Shown here in pieces: positions 1 through 13,400 of a DNA stretch of 64,000 bases (position 1 is the stretch's first letter; every line of letters begins with the position of its first letter). Source of the DNA: Tubiluchus corallicola. Its lineage: Eukaryota > Animalia > Priapulida. The position numbers and the translations under genes were made by a program. The notes beneath the pieces were generated by a model. The model saw only the letters and a list, made by a program, of their open reading frames with translations. It had not been told where the DNA came from and ran no database searches. Location: assembly GCA_030141605.1 (NCBI GenBank), contig JAQGDQ010000243.1:275654-339653 (forward strand), written 5' to 3'.

Positions 1-1168
1 AACAGAATTTAATTGAATTAAAATCTCTGTAGTATTCAAATGTTTAAGAGTTTAGATATTTTAAGCTTGTCCGTGTAATTATATATTGCATAAAGTATAG
101 TTCAATAATTGTTTTTTATTTTATTTTTTATAGACTTTGTGCTTCACGTATTTATAAGTTTGGATTCGTAGTCCACATCAGCTCAAGAAACTTAAGTCGG
201 CAGCAACTTCTCCGATCTCCACAGAAGAAGAAATCAGCATTACGGCAACAAACTTTGATCACAGTTGTTTTACAACTCATTCATTATTATTTTATTCTTT
301 ATGAACTTTTATTCAAATAGCTGAAACAAATACTACTCAAGTCATTTTTTTCCTTTTCTTTCATTGCTGAAAAATACAACATTTAATTGTGATTTTGTAT
401 CAGTGTACATATATTTAATTAGTTAGCTAACTTATATATGTTAATACAAATTATATTAAAAATGTTAATTATTATTATTACTAACACTGAAAATAATCTT
501 TGAACAGAAGTTTTATGAATTAACTTTATATGTATGCAGTACTTGACATGTATGTACTATTTTGTTTTGCCAATGTACATTATAATTATGTATTTGAGCA
601 ATAAACTGAATCGAAATTGAATTGGTTTCGTTCTGACTTACACTTGAATCAATTCCCCTTGTGATATCGGATCATTTATATACAACCATGTTAACTTACA
701 CACTTATGAAGACTCGGAAGTCAATAAAAATTAAAAACTAGTTCTAACTTATTGTAATATCTAATATTATAATAAACCAACTACGAGGATGTCCACCATC
801 AAACTTTTACGTTAAAATAAAAAAATCGATTATTATCACATGAATTTAGCAAAATTCAATCTTTTATTGATAAAATATTCAATAACCTTAAAACAAAATG
901 TCAAAATCGCTTTTAATTTCTACATATGAAAAATGTAGAACTTAGATTTATCTCTTTATCACAGTTAAGCATTTAACTACAAATACTATACAAAACAACG
1001 CGGCAAAAATTTTCATTTTTCCACGCGCAATGCACATATAAATTAAATGAATTTATAATTAGGGTTACACTAAAACAAAGGCTAATTACATACACACAAT
1101 TATCAATGTAAGAAGCACGTGAAAAATATGCTAGCATTTTGCACAAACTTTAATTTCGAAAGACATAA

Positions 1169-1515
1169 TATTAGAATTAAATAGAACATTGTAGAATGTT
1201 CCGTTAGAATAATCATCTTACGGTGTAGAATATTCTAGAAAGACTCGTCTAGAATGTTCCCTGGCACCCTATATAAGGCGAAGCAGGCCGCTGACAGACA
1301 CACACAAATTCGCACGGACACACACTTTTACATTCTCTTGTATACTTACATTTTCAGATACACTCAAACGTTTTCGAGATTTTCACGCCTACTGTAAACA
1401 TTTCGCGTTCCTTCATACTTTTGTATTGTAGAATTCTCGCTAAATAAACTAGTTTAATTTGATGAAGTTTTTCTGGTTTTCTCTACGAGCCTTCCGACAG
1501 AAACAAAACACAACA
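1169..1515 (+). mobile_element. Solo LTR, 5'-truncated copy
   Basis: Near-identical to 13180-13525. TATATAA, AATAAA, ends ACAACA. Confidence 0.8.
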
Positions 1516-2051
1516 ATTACATATAATTATGGAAATACAAAACATTGCAATTTGTATCATTCCTTATAAACGAAAGCAGATTGATCTTACAACACTTTGA
1601 TCTTATAAAAATAAAAATAACGTATCAAAGGAATTCGTTTAAAACGATTATGGCATACATATTTAACAAAAATATTTGACAGATTAAAAATTATATAGTA
1701 ATTACAATCACCATGTGGTTTTTGCTGACATTATATGTATCACATGCATTTTAAACAAATTTGTTTTAAACAAACATCACAAACATTTTCATTTTTTGCC
1801 TGATTTCCAAGCATTTCACAACATCATAATTCATGTATTCCAACCTACATAGTAACTGGCGAACTATGAAACCCTAATATTAGTCTTTGATAAAATTTTA
1901 GATTAACATTCAAGAAAATCTACAGCTGGAAATGATAGACTCAAATAAAGATCTTTAACAACATGAAGTTAAAATTAAAAGAGCAAATATTCTACGTTAA
2001 ATTAAAAAAAAACATAGAATAGCAATTACGTGCGGGAGATCAAACACATTT

Positions 2052-5000
2052 TTAATGGCGAGGAGAGAATTCCTTACGATACAAAACTCTGCCATTAGAT
2101 TCTACAAAGGTAAATGTGAACTCGTCCGCAGTCACTTCCACGTAACCAAAACCGCCCAGACTCAATACATTTGCCCAGAAAAACTTTGAAGAGTCCTCGG
2201 GTACACTGTCCTTGTGCTTTGTGGAATCTTCAATAAAATTGGCTGAACCACTCACAAAGTATTGTACAGTCCAATTGTTATGAGCATATTCCAGATGCTG
2301 AAACAGATTCTCATAAATATAAGAAATGAAATTAATAGTTACACAATATAATATTGTCAATCTTCAAAGCAGCATCATGAGAAAGCATAAACATCATCAT
2401 CATCATCATACGCCCGTCATGTCTATTGTAGACATTGGGCAGGCAGAATTCTAAAATAAAAGAAATCTGCCTTCAGACAGGTAAAAGCAGTGCTGGACCT
2501 GGGTAGCAAATCGGTATACCACCGAGAAAATTCTCTCAGGCCGGATTTCATCTGTCAGACTGCTTTGAGGAAGGTTGTGTACGCCTTCGAACTTTCTACG
2601 TTTTGAAAAACAAAGTTATACAGGTCGCGACTGTTTGTGCATTTCCTAAATAATATGTGTAACATCATCATCATCATACGCCCGTCACGTCTATTGTAGA
2701 CATTGGGCAGGCAGAATTCTAAAATAAAAGAAATCTGCCTTCAGACAGGTAAATGCAGCAGTAATCCAGCAAAAAAAAACTAGACACTGCTACGCCAGTG
2801 GCTTGTCAGCACCACTTCCATTACAAAGCACAAACATCACATTTATACAAAAGTGCAAATAAGGGAACACTTCATACCTGCAAGTTATGATCGTGTCCAG
2901 ACATATAGGCATTTACATGGTATTTATAGAGAAGCGGCTGCAGTCTTTTTAGGAGGCATTCAGTGGGGCCATGCTCAGCAATGGAATATACAGGATAATG
3001 ACCAGCAACAATCAGATAGTCAGCACTAATTAAATAATACACAAAATAAGAAAAAATACAGGATTTTATATAAGATCCTACTAGTACTATTTTAAACTGC
3101 AAATACCCTGCGATAGATCTGCATAGTAATATACTCAATCTCGTATAATAAACCATGCTTGCCTTATTCCAAATAGATGGTGTTTTACTTATTCAAAATA
3201 AAATTTTCGAAAAATGAACAATATCAGGGATGAGAATGACAAATTGCAAAAAACTCTGAAACGGGCAGGGGGTTTTGGGGGCCACCTAGGCGAAGCCCCC
3301 TTGGAGCCAGCAACAAATTGCAATTTTGTGACCGTAGAGAACCTCTAAGTAGACTTAAAATATACCTTGTTTCATGCATAATTTAAAATACCCAACTATC
3401 AAGGACACATGATACCTAATTGTCTCAAGAATGCCTAAGTACTGGCCGCTCCTATGCAAAAGTATATAAAAACTGTCTGCAATTGACTCAAATAACTCCG
3501 CACAATTGATTCTATATTTTTATACATAGGGATATACACGTGGTTACACTGATGTACGTGATATAAACAAAGTGACGGCCTGCTAACTAGCGGTCAGCTT
3601 GTGAAATAATTGTACTGGGTCCGTAAAAATTTTCTGAAAGAATTTGCGCGATTTACAAAAATAGCACTACTGGTCTTCCAAAAACTCGGAATTCCGCGTA
3701 TCCTCGGAAAATTCTCATCCCTGCAATATACACATTAAACAAGTGATGTTGACCAACGAATAAAAGCTAAACAAATGAAAGCTAAATCATCTTTTCGCCT
3801 ATTCTTCTGTTGAAGTCTCGTATGTGTCTTTCTTTAGAGTCTTCAGTCCATTCATTAATAGCACAAGAGAGTTAATTTCAGCCCCTTTTGCTCACTGTTA
3901 TCAGTAATATTCAATCTCTTTTGTATGCTAAAAATCAATACTTAGACAAAAATGCTCGATCGTTAAAGACAATGTAGATTCGGTACATTTTTTGTTTTCG
4001 AATTTTCTAGTTCATAATGCTGAGTGGATTCATAAATAATTTGAACTTTTCTTAAGTGACAATAAAGCCCAGTCGATGATGTGAAATAGTCCTAATAAGA
4101 ATCAAAACTTCCGAGGAGTTTACCTGCTGCTGGCTAATCTATCTTCAATCCACTTCCACTGATCTTCAGCCACTGTCATATTTTCTGGTCCACTAGGCTG
4201 ATCCACAATGTTAAAGTCATGAGTATTCCCACACAAAAGAACTGTATCTATCATGATGATGTCCATCTTAGCTGCAGATCCCGGAATCTTAAAGGAGATG
4301 TTATAGTAATAGTCGGGAAAATTCCTAGAAAAAATAATGGATAACAATAAAACCGATAATGAGAAATAACGCACCAATAATTGTAAAATTTCAGTCCATT
4401 AATGTACTAGTTTTTCCTTTGACAAATCATAATTCTCGTAACATACAACAGGGAGTATCAAGTGTTGGCTCAAACTTGATGAAACTGTGAGGTATTATGT
4501 TGCTTACTATACAGAAACGAAAGTTTGGTAACTTTTGACACTAACAGGATTTGTAATATGAATAGTAAGCTTGGCGGTCAAGATAGACATTAGCCAAAAT
4601 TATAAAAAGTTCACTGATTTTAAATGTTCTACAACATTAAGAATTACTAGAATTTATTACTGATTTGATAATAGTCACTTTATTAAAATAAGAGATGCTA
4701 CCATAAAGCAGCACTAATAGCTAATTTTCAAGAAATAAGTAGTATGCCTGTAGCTGCAGTCGATTCTACAAGAGAAAGAACTGAATGAGAGAGAAGTATA
4801 CCACAAGTTGATTAGTTAAAAATATAAGTTTGTATTACCAAAAATTTTTTGAATGTAGACCATCACTGGCTTCCGTTAATTCAATTATAATTTAAAGGAC
4901 AAGAAAAGGGGTACTGAAGTAGGTTTCAGAAAAATCGTCTTAAAAAATTATGTTACTTTATAGCAGTTTTATGCGTATATCTTACTCGCACTGAAAGGAA

Positions 5001-8000
5001 TTTTAGTTTGTCTTCATTTTAAATCTCCCGCAATACTGTTCCGAAGTCATCATTACATGACGTCATGTACCAAATGTAAATCAAGGGAAGAAAGGGCAAT
5101 GTTAAATTGTCTCAAAAGACTTTCCGTGCAAATCTATATTACTTAGATTTTCGCTTACCTGCTATAAAGACTTATGTAACTAGAAAAGAAAATTATTAAT
5201 TATTTAATATGTTTTCACCAGTTGGTAAAATGTCGCTGACTCACCCTCCAGGGTGCACCACTCACTAACCAAAAAACGTATTTTTAATCTTATTGACAAG
5301 ATACAGTAATTTTAAATTTTATTTAGTTAGTGACTTGTGCGCTACGAATGCTCTGATAATTTTTTCAAACTTTACAAAATGTTACCTAAACTTGTTTCAA
5401 ATGACATGTCGTCAAAATGGCTGCGTCTAACGATAATAGCGGGAGTTTAAATTTACATGTTTTAAACAGCGTGACTGCCGATTGAAGTCCGGCACGCAAA
5501 AAGGTAGTACGTAAGCGATATATAATTTCAAAACAAATTTTTTAAGCTTTATGTTTATGAAGGGATTTCTTGTGCCTTAAGTAAACAATGCAATGTATAT
5601 TAAAATTGCAACATTTGGTATGATGGTATCAATAGAAGAGAAGTATTGTAAGCTGTAAGTAGATTTGTTTTGACCATAACTGACGATAAACAAGAATGAT
5701 AGTATTTTCAATTTTGATTCCAACAAAGCAAAAAGAAACCCTATATCAGCACAAAACATTTGCTGTACGTAAACGAAGTAACTGATTAGAATGCAATAGT
5801 TTTTTAAGCCTTTTTCCACCGATTACTACAAGTGGCAAACCACTAAGAATATATTAACTTACCATCGTTTTGCTTTTGATGAGTAGTCGATCTGAGCAGA
5901 TACGTTGCCATAGTGATCATGATTACCAGCAACCAGGTACCATGGTAAATGTAAAGATGGAGCAGTAAAAACATCTTCATAAGTTTCCTAAAATAACAGG
6001 CAAGTAGTTGGATTAAAAATAAACTTGAAAACAATACAAAGCGATTTCAGGTAAAGCATTCATCGGGTAAACTTGAACAAAATTTTCGTTTCACCAAATA
6101 TATATATATATATATATATACGTTTATTGACTGATTAAGAGATAGTCAAACATGATATTTTGGTTCAGTCCATAGATCACTACAAAAAAGGCCTTTTGAT
6201 CATATAACGTGATCATTACTGTCGAAAAATAACTGAAGAATTATTTGCAAATTCTCACTACACACTTATTATCGCCTAACATGATCATTACTGTCTAAAA
6301 ACAGCTCAAGGGTTATTTTCCAATTCACGATAAACACTTTTGATCACATAACATGATCATTACTGTCCAAAAATCACTAAAGAGTTATTTACAAATTCAC
6401 AATATGACATTGGATTTCCATTGAAAAATTCATGCAGATCGCTGAAGTTTAGTTCAGTGTTATCTTCACGAAGGTGATTCGTAAGTGGACAAAAACAGAT
6501 AACTAGATATTCATCTAGTGGTTTAGCAACTTTTTCAAATTAACACTGTGTGCTCAAAACTGTGCTGTGGATTAGCATTTAGGATAATTAATGTTGGGCA
6601 CACTTGGCTAAAATTATATAAATTTTCTTTTCTTAATACCAGAAGCCGGTTTCGTTTAATACTAAATTTGTACTTTCAACTGTTACAAAGTTGTTTATTG
6701 TGTAGCTATGTTGCTGTTTGAGTTGTTGAGGACAGTCCATTTTGTTACATGTCAGCTGCATCACAAATACGTAAGAGCTTGTCTGCTGAGGTCTGTTGCT
6801 GCTGCTGAACAAACAAACCGAGGTGTGTTTGTCAAAAATTCAAATACAATTGTAGAAAACATGTATGAAGAGCACGAAATTACATTCTAATCAAGAGCTG
6901 AATTCAGAGAAATAATTTTTTAAAAGTGGAGAGACCGAATTTCTAATAAAAACTAAACAAAAAGAAGAAAGCCATACTTTAAAACGCTGGTCGCTCAGCT
7001 GCTTAACTCCATTGAAATAAAAGTTATCACCCAGTGCCAGTAAACAGTGAATGTCAAGCGTGTCGGCAAGTTTTCCTAAACGATTTGCAACAGCATTCTC
7101 CACAAATGTTCTATAAGGAAATTCGGGAAGTCCACCCCAATCTCCAATGACAAAAAATCTCAAACTATCTTCATTTTGCTTTGCTGAAATTTAAAATAAC
7201 TGATTCAAATGGACGAATTTGTTATTATGCGGGGGTGGCATTAAATTTTAACAACTTTAGAATAAAAGAGGCAAGATAAAAAGAGAACGGAAAGAAAGGT
7301 TAAACAATAGAAAAACAAGAAAAAGTGTGAGATATATGGGTCGAGGAACAAAAAGGAGGGAAAGACAAACAAACAGTAACAGAAGAAGAACGCAAGAGAT
7401 AATGGGACAACCAGTGAAAGGAGGAAATGCAGGAATGCAATAAAAAAGAAAGAGGCATATTTAGAAAAAAAACTGAATGAATAGCGATTTGCATAAGGCT
7501 GTTTTTGGACTGCAGGCATGTTGCCATGGCAGCACTTGGGTGACAAGTGTCATTTTATTAGGTTTCTCCTGATTTCCAAACTAATGTCCATCCATTCTAG
7601 TAGCCGTAGTTGATTTAGTTCATTTGGAGACATTTTCATTAATTGAATTAGTGTAAATCAGACTAAAGACAAGATTTTCTGATTCATTATTGTTAATTTC
7701 ATAGTATGCTGGTATAAAATTTCTATGATTCACTTTTTAGTGTCTATCACATTGTCCTCAAGACAACTAGCACGTCAATCATCAAGTTATCGTAACACAT
7801 TAATTTCTGTCGAAAAAAGGTATCTCATGGAGAATGGTTTGACTCACAATGCTTGGCACTATTGCTTGACACTGGTCACGAAAACAGCAATTACACTTCC
7901 ATCGATCAAACTTATGGAATCACACTACTTTTCAAATAATAATGATTATGACTTACGATAAGAAGAAACAAAGCAATTTATAAATTCATAGTCATAGCAC

Positions 8001-8319
8001 CTATAATCATTGTTGCTTAGTAACACTGTTTACAGATTACAGCAAACGCTCTGTGAGCAAAAGCGTTTGACAAATATGTTATGAAGGCCTGACAGCACAG
8101 AGCATGTCAGGTTCCGTGTGGAAGACCAAAAGCACCGCAGACATATGCTGACAAATACAAAACGAAGGTACGCATTTGTTATTTTACTTTTATCAATGGT
8201 TGTTATATTGTTAACTACCGTAGTACGAAATTACCGTTAATTATAAATCCGGAATTTTTCCTAACCAGTAAGCTCAAAAATATAAACAGCAAAACAGAAA
8301 GCCGTTCCGCGCTATTCAT
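2052..8319 (-). CDS. ACP5: Tartrate-resistant (purple) acid phosphatase type 5; join(8319-8235,7183-6978,5987-5863,4324-4124,3025-2878,2297-2052), 336 aa
   Basis: All introns are GT-AG with consistent phase (total 1011 nt). Signal peptide [19 protein letters not shown]. Metal-ligand motifs GDWG, GDNFY, GNHD, GHYP and GHDHNLQ are all present. Confidence 0.95.
2392..2820 (-). mobile_element. Retroelement 3' end with (GAT)n tail, terminal ~95 bp duplicated; related copy at 45950-46057
   Basis: 2392-2485 is repeated at 2662-2753; reverse-complement match at 45950-46057. Confidence 0.6.
3225..3723 (+). mobile_element. MITE with CAGGGATGAGAAT TIRs and 6-bp TSD (hAT-like)
   Basis: 13-bp TIRs; TSD CAATAT on both sides. 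Confidence 0.9.
4896..5576 (+). mobile_element. Non-autonomous Kolobok-like DNA transposon
   Basis: TTAA on both flanks, imperfect TIR AGGACAAGAAA/TTTCTTGTGCC; second copy at 18442-19127. Confidence 0.8.
6099..6503 (-). mobile_element. LINE 3' end with ~61-bp 3'UTR repeats and (TA)n tail
   Basis: Reverse-complement copy of 42345-42730. Confidence 0.75.
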
Positions 8320-8570
8320 TTTAATTAGCGTTTAATATTTTCAATCTACTTGTTACAAAATAGTATAATCTTGATTCTTATAAAAACTTGAACACAAAAT
8401 ACTGAGCAGTATCTTCCTACTGTTTACTTTTGAGGGTCACGTGCATAAAGTTAAAGATAAGTACATCAGTAGCGTAACCTATGAGCAAAAAAATAAAAAG
8501 TTCATAATTCTCGTTGAGAAATGTGCCTCCAGATGGCACGGAAACCACTCCATTCAGAAGTAGGTAACTT
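8320..8570. promoter_or_regulatory. Probable bidirectional promoter for ACP5 and EIF2B3, with CLEAR/MiT-TFE-type E-box
   Basis: Divergent genes. GTCACGTG at 8436-8443. Candidate non-coding exon donor AG|GTAACT at ~8564. Confidence 0.5.
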
Positions 8571-8764
8571 CCATGTGGTTAGTGAATCTCAAGTTTTTTC
8601 ATAAATATTTATCAGTTTTTATAATATCGTGTCTTCTTGATTCCACCCCGGTTTTTATTATTTCTTTGTGTTTTTTCAGTGACTCGTACATTTTTTTATT
8701 TTCTCCAATTAGTTTAACATAAAAAAAAACACGCACTGGACTACGTTTACAAAATTCACAGGGT

Positions 8765-9015
8765 ACACACCAGATCGGGTTTTTGTGTAACTTGTCACCA
8801 TCGGGTCAAAGGTCACGGAGCTGGCAGGTCTTCTTTTTTTGTTAGGCTGGATCTCCTCCTACAGTTTTTGAGTTAGGGCCACAATTTTTGGTATATAGCT
8901 AGGTGGGACATGTTGTGCATGGTTGAATATGAGCCTTATGGGAAAATTTTTCGGTAGGGGGCAAAAACCAAAATCGAGGGAGTCGGGGACATGAATACTT
9001 CCAGTGTCGAGTAAC
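8765..9015. mobile_element. Helentron/DINE-like non-autonomous repeat (tentative)
   Basis: GGTCAAAGGTCA motif, ATCTCCTCCTACAGTTTT and GGGGACAT end typical of such repeats. Confidence 0.4.
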
Positions 9016-10437
9016 AGTAGTGTGTAATATATCAAATGAGTGGAATAGTATGAGGAACTAATAATAGTAATATATCTGTTACTTAATCTAAGATTAGGAA
9101 CTATCTTAGGAAGTGCAAGTGCTCACGTAATTCATTTTTTCTAAAAAATGGAGCATGAAAAACAACACTTTTGTTAATTTAATAAATATATGTGACCAAT
9201 CAACTCAGGATCCTAAGATCATCATTTCTACAATGAAAGATCTCAGTGACACAAATCGAATGACATGAGTTTCGCCAATTTTGGTGGATGATGGACCTCA
9301 ATATCGCAGGTTAAATGTAAAAAGTCCAATTTCAATTTGTTAAATTTTCGCGAAACATCATCGAGAAAAAACGTCTGCTTGGGCATGTTATGAGAACGTT
9401 TAAGGGAGTTCTATAGCTCTTTAGAAAGAGAAAGAGCTGGACTACAAAACGATGCAAGTTTTTCCTGAAAACACCTAAACAAGAGCGAACATTTTTCGAC
9501 TAATTCCATGCAAAATAGCAGAAATTTTGCATCTCAAACTCGATTCTGGGTGTGGCACAACATGTGTGATATCACACAATGTTTTTGCAATGTCGCCGAT
9601 ATATCATTTGTTAGATAAACAAATTTGTGCAGGTAAGTGTGTTGACTTTCCATGTGAAAATTTTGGGTTCTGTTCCCACTTAAAGCTTTTTGTTTCGTGC
9701 GTCTTTTACCTCCTTTTTCTACTCACACTGTTTAGAAAATATGCAAAATGCTTCTGTCTGGTTTAGCTAGTTCCCAAAGTTAAAATGTTATTTAATTCTT
9801 ATTTTCCTTAAAATGGGGTTGAATGTGCAAATGCAATACTATGGATGGTAAAGTTAATTATCTTGTAATTTTCTGCAACTTGCTAATAACTTGCAAAGAA
9901 ATTACCTGTGTGATCATGTTGAGTGCTTGCTTACAAAGGAAAGCAACACAAGAAATAGTTAATAATTAGATTGGTGACTTGGTAACCTGTCAAAAAATTT
10001 TGCTTTCCATTTTACTAAAACAAAATGCAATTTCTAAGCTCTCAAACATGGCGAATTCAATGGAGACAATATTATACCCTTCACAACCTTCAGTTACGGA
10101 CCACTGGTGAAAATGTGACAAGTTCCAACTGGTGAAGAAGTATAGAATAGAACAAAATTTATTTTTACCTGTGACAAGTTCCAAATTCACTGAAGTATCT
10201 TAATGTCGAGCAGGACATTACTTGCATATATAATAATAACTATTTTGAAAAACATTTTTCATTTTAAAAACAACACTCACGTAAAGCATCTCCTGTCACA
10301 GAAGCACAATCTTACCACAGTTTTTGGCACCGTCAAAAATGCATACTAATTTTCTTTGTAACAACAAAAGCGATAATTTTTTTTCGTAATTTTTGTTGTT
10401 ACATTCAGATTTCCTGAACTTCTGTTTATATCCAATC

Positions 10438-13400
10438 ATGGAATTTCAAGCTGTTGTAATGGCTGCTGGCAGAGGATCACGTATGGTAGATATCACATCA
10501 AAAATTCCGAAGGCTTTGCTTCCACTGGGAAATTTACCGATGTTGTGGTATCCCTTGAACATGTTGGAGAGAAATGGATTTGAAGGTACCCGTCGTTGTT
10601 CATTTAATCAATAGTAATAATGATTTGTCAATGTAAGTATGAATTAGTATTAAAAATTGTTAAATAATCATTCCTGAGCATAAATTTAAAAACTCATAAA
10701 GTTAAGCAGTCAGTTTTAGACGTTTGATAAGGGATGATAATTTTTTAAGCTTGTATCTGTCGATGATAAGTCTTTGCTGCTTTCATCCAAAACTGCCTCT
10801 TTAGAAAAAATGACAGCACAAATTAACTGGCGTGAATAACATCAGATTATCGTGCCGGTGAGCTTAGTTTTATATCAGCAACGTTTTTCTGACTGTGAAG
10901 TTTGTCTGAGGTGAGTTACCATATTTTCATAACAAAAAAAACTTTATAATTACCTTATACAATTGTCTTGAGTAGTATTATTGAGAAAAAACTCGGAAAC
11001 AAAGAAAACTAATGGAAGAACAAGTGCGCAATGTAACAGTAGTAACAAAATGCTCTTATTGAAAATGGGGCCATTGCTATAACAGTTGCTATCTAGTAAT
11101 GTTGTCTTTGTTTTCAGAAGCAATTGTGATTGTCTTAGCATCTCAGAAAAAAGATGTCCATGTGTCACTTTCACTGTGCAACTTACACATAAAGTGGGAG
11201 CTAGTCGGCATACCTGATGATCAAGATTTTGGGACCGCGGATTCATTGCGCTTCATTAGTGACAAGATTAATGTACGTGTGAATGTGAATATCCGCAGCA
11301 TGGTGTATTCTCACCTGCTTGCACCAGTTCACCATTTCGTACGCTGATATACTGATTTCATACATACACATGTCCAAATAAGAAAGTAATGTTACTGTAC
11401 AATCTTAGATATAACTATGTCGTAGTGTTTAACAGTTTTGCTGTGTTGGCATTTTTCGGCATAATACATACACATCAAAAAAATCTTCACCGGAACTTTA
11501 TATTTTTCATAGTACATTGGACAATACTATAAAAAGAAAATACAGTATCATGTAGCTAACGATTACTTCCATGAGTAGTTTCATGAGTTTCTTTTTAAAT
11601 GTTTCAAATTTTGTAATATTACTCAATTCAATTTTGATTGCATACAGTTGTAATGCTTGCTTGCCCTGACTAAACCGTCTTGTGCCAGAATCAGATTTTG
11701 CAGTAAGAATAAAAAGTAAATTTGACTGTCTAGTGGATAATACACTAAAAAGCCTTGTTGATACTTTTTGCAGATTTCTCTAAAGAAAGAATTCACAGTT
11801 AAACTATTATGTCTATAATTAGGTATAATAGTATATTATATTAGGTATAATTAGGTATAATTATTGTATATTGTATCTTTCATAGTAATTAATAAGCTTT
11901 ATAGGCTTAGCCAGACTAATATGACTTTTTATAGCAATATTGTAAACTTTAAAGCATATTAACATGTAACTTACAATACTGGGGTTTATTTGATGTCAAT
12001 AAGTGAGGTACTTCTTGTAAAATAAATCTGACTTATTGCGGTATAAAAACCTAAATGTCGACCAGTTTTTAGGAAATACTCCTAGATTTCAAGTTTTGAA
12101 AACTTTTCAATGCACACCAATTCATTTAATTCTGAGAGCAATTTGTGTTTCGTACAGTCGCACATAATATTTTTCAACTTTTTGTACTGTCTGTAACTTG
12201 TTGTGCAAAATGTTTGACTTATCTGCTTTTTTCATTGTCGATAAATTAGAATTATCTTTTTTAGAACTTGTTAATATAATATTTCTGTCTTTGGGCTGTA
12301 CATTATTACTGAAGTTTCTTTTTCTTTACTATAGAGCGATGTACTAATAATCAGTAGTGATCTGATCACAGATGTGCAGCTCCACCTACTGGCAGACGTT
12401 CACCGAATGCACGATGCTACTGTTACGACTTTGTTAAGCACGGTTCCGCAAAGCTTCACAGAGTCTGTTCCTCCAGGACCTAAATCAAAGAAAAAAGTTA
12501 TAGGTATTGTTAATTTTATGGCAGTTTTACTAAGTTTACAGTGCTGCACAGTGTGGTACTACAGTATCTTATATTTTCCGTAAACTATAGCTTTGCTTTG
12601 TTCATGAAGAAAATAGTGAAAAAAATTTGGGCAGGCTGATGGTGAAGTAATCCAGCTCCATTACTAGTTTGAGATGGGTTTATGATTTAATGTACTTTTA
12701 AATACTGTTTACTTACTAGTGTAGTGTAATTATGTAGTTACTAGTTATTTCACTTTCATTCTGTAGCCTTTGTTTATAGCACTAGACAAAAATACAGCAT
12801 GGTGTAGCATTAGTCTTTCTAAGCCTCACCACTGCCAATCAAACCTCATTTATCTTTAGGCTTAAGAAATAACTTGTGTGATAGAATGCTATGGAATTGA
12901 ATCAGTAAAAAATTGAAATAAACATTTTTCTAAATCTCTTTCATTAGGAAATTGTATATTACAGAACGAGATCTTTTTGGCCTAGATGCTAAAACTGGCA
13001 ATAGACTTGTGCTGATGGGAGCTGAAGCAGACTTTGAAAAAACAGTGGATATTCGAAAATCTGTTCTTAAAAGGTGAATATTTCAAGAAGTGTAGGTTTT
13101 TCACTACTCTGCAGATCATTATCTTAATTCTTAGAAGCAACTTATGTTTTGACTACTGTTGTGGCGATCGCTGGCATCTATTAGAATTACATAGAACATT
13201 GTAGAATGTTCCGTTAGAATAATCGTCTTACCATGTAGAATATTCTAGAAAGACTCATCTAGAATGTTCCCTGGCACGCTCTATAAGGCAAAGCAGGCCG
13301 CTGACAGACACACACAGATTCACACGGACGCCACTTACGCATTCTCTTGTATACTTACATTTTCAGATACACTCAAACGTTTTCCAGATTTTCACGTTTA

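Noticed and set aside
134-320. Possible terminal exon of an upstream plus-strand gene
   Set aside because: An acceptor-like site exists, but no translation is recognisable.
7241-7546. Phe/Leu-rich ORFs
   Set aside because: Pyrimidine-rich low-complexity sequence in ACP5 intron 1.
8040-8160. Two hairpins in ACP5 intron 1 as a possible H/ACA snoRNA
   Set aside because: No convincing H box or correctly placed ACA box.
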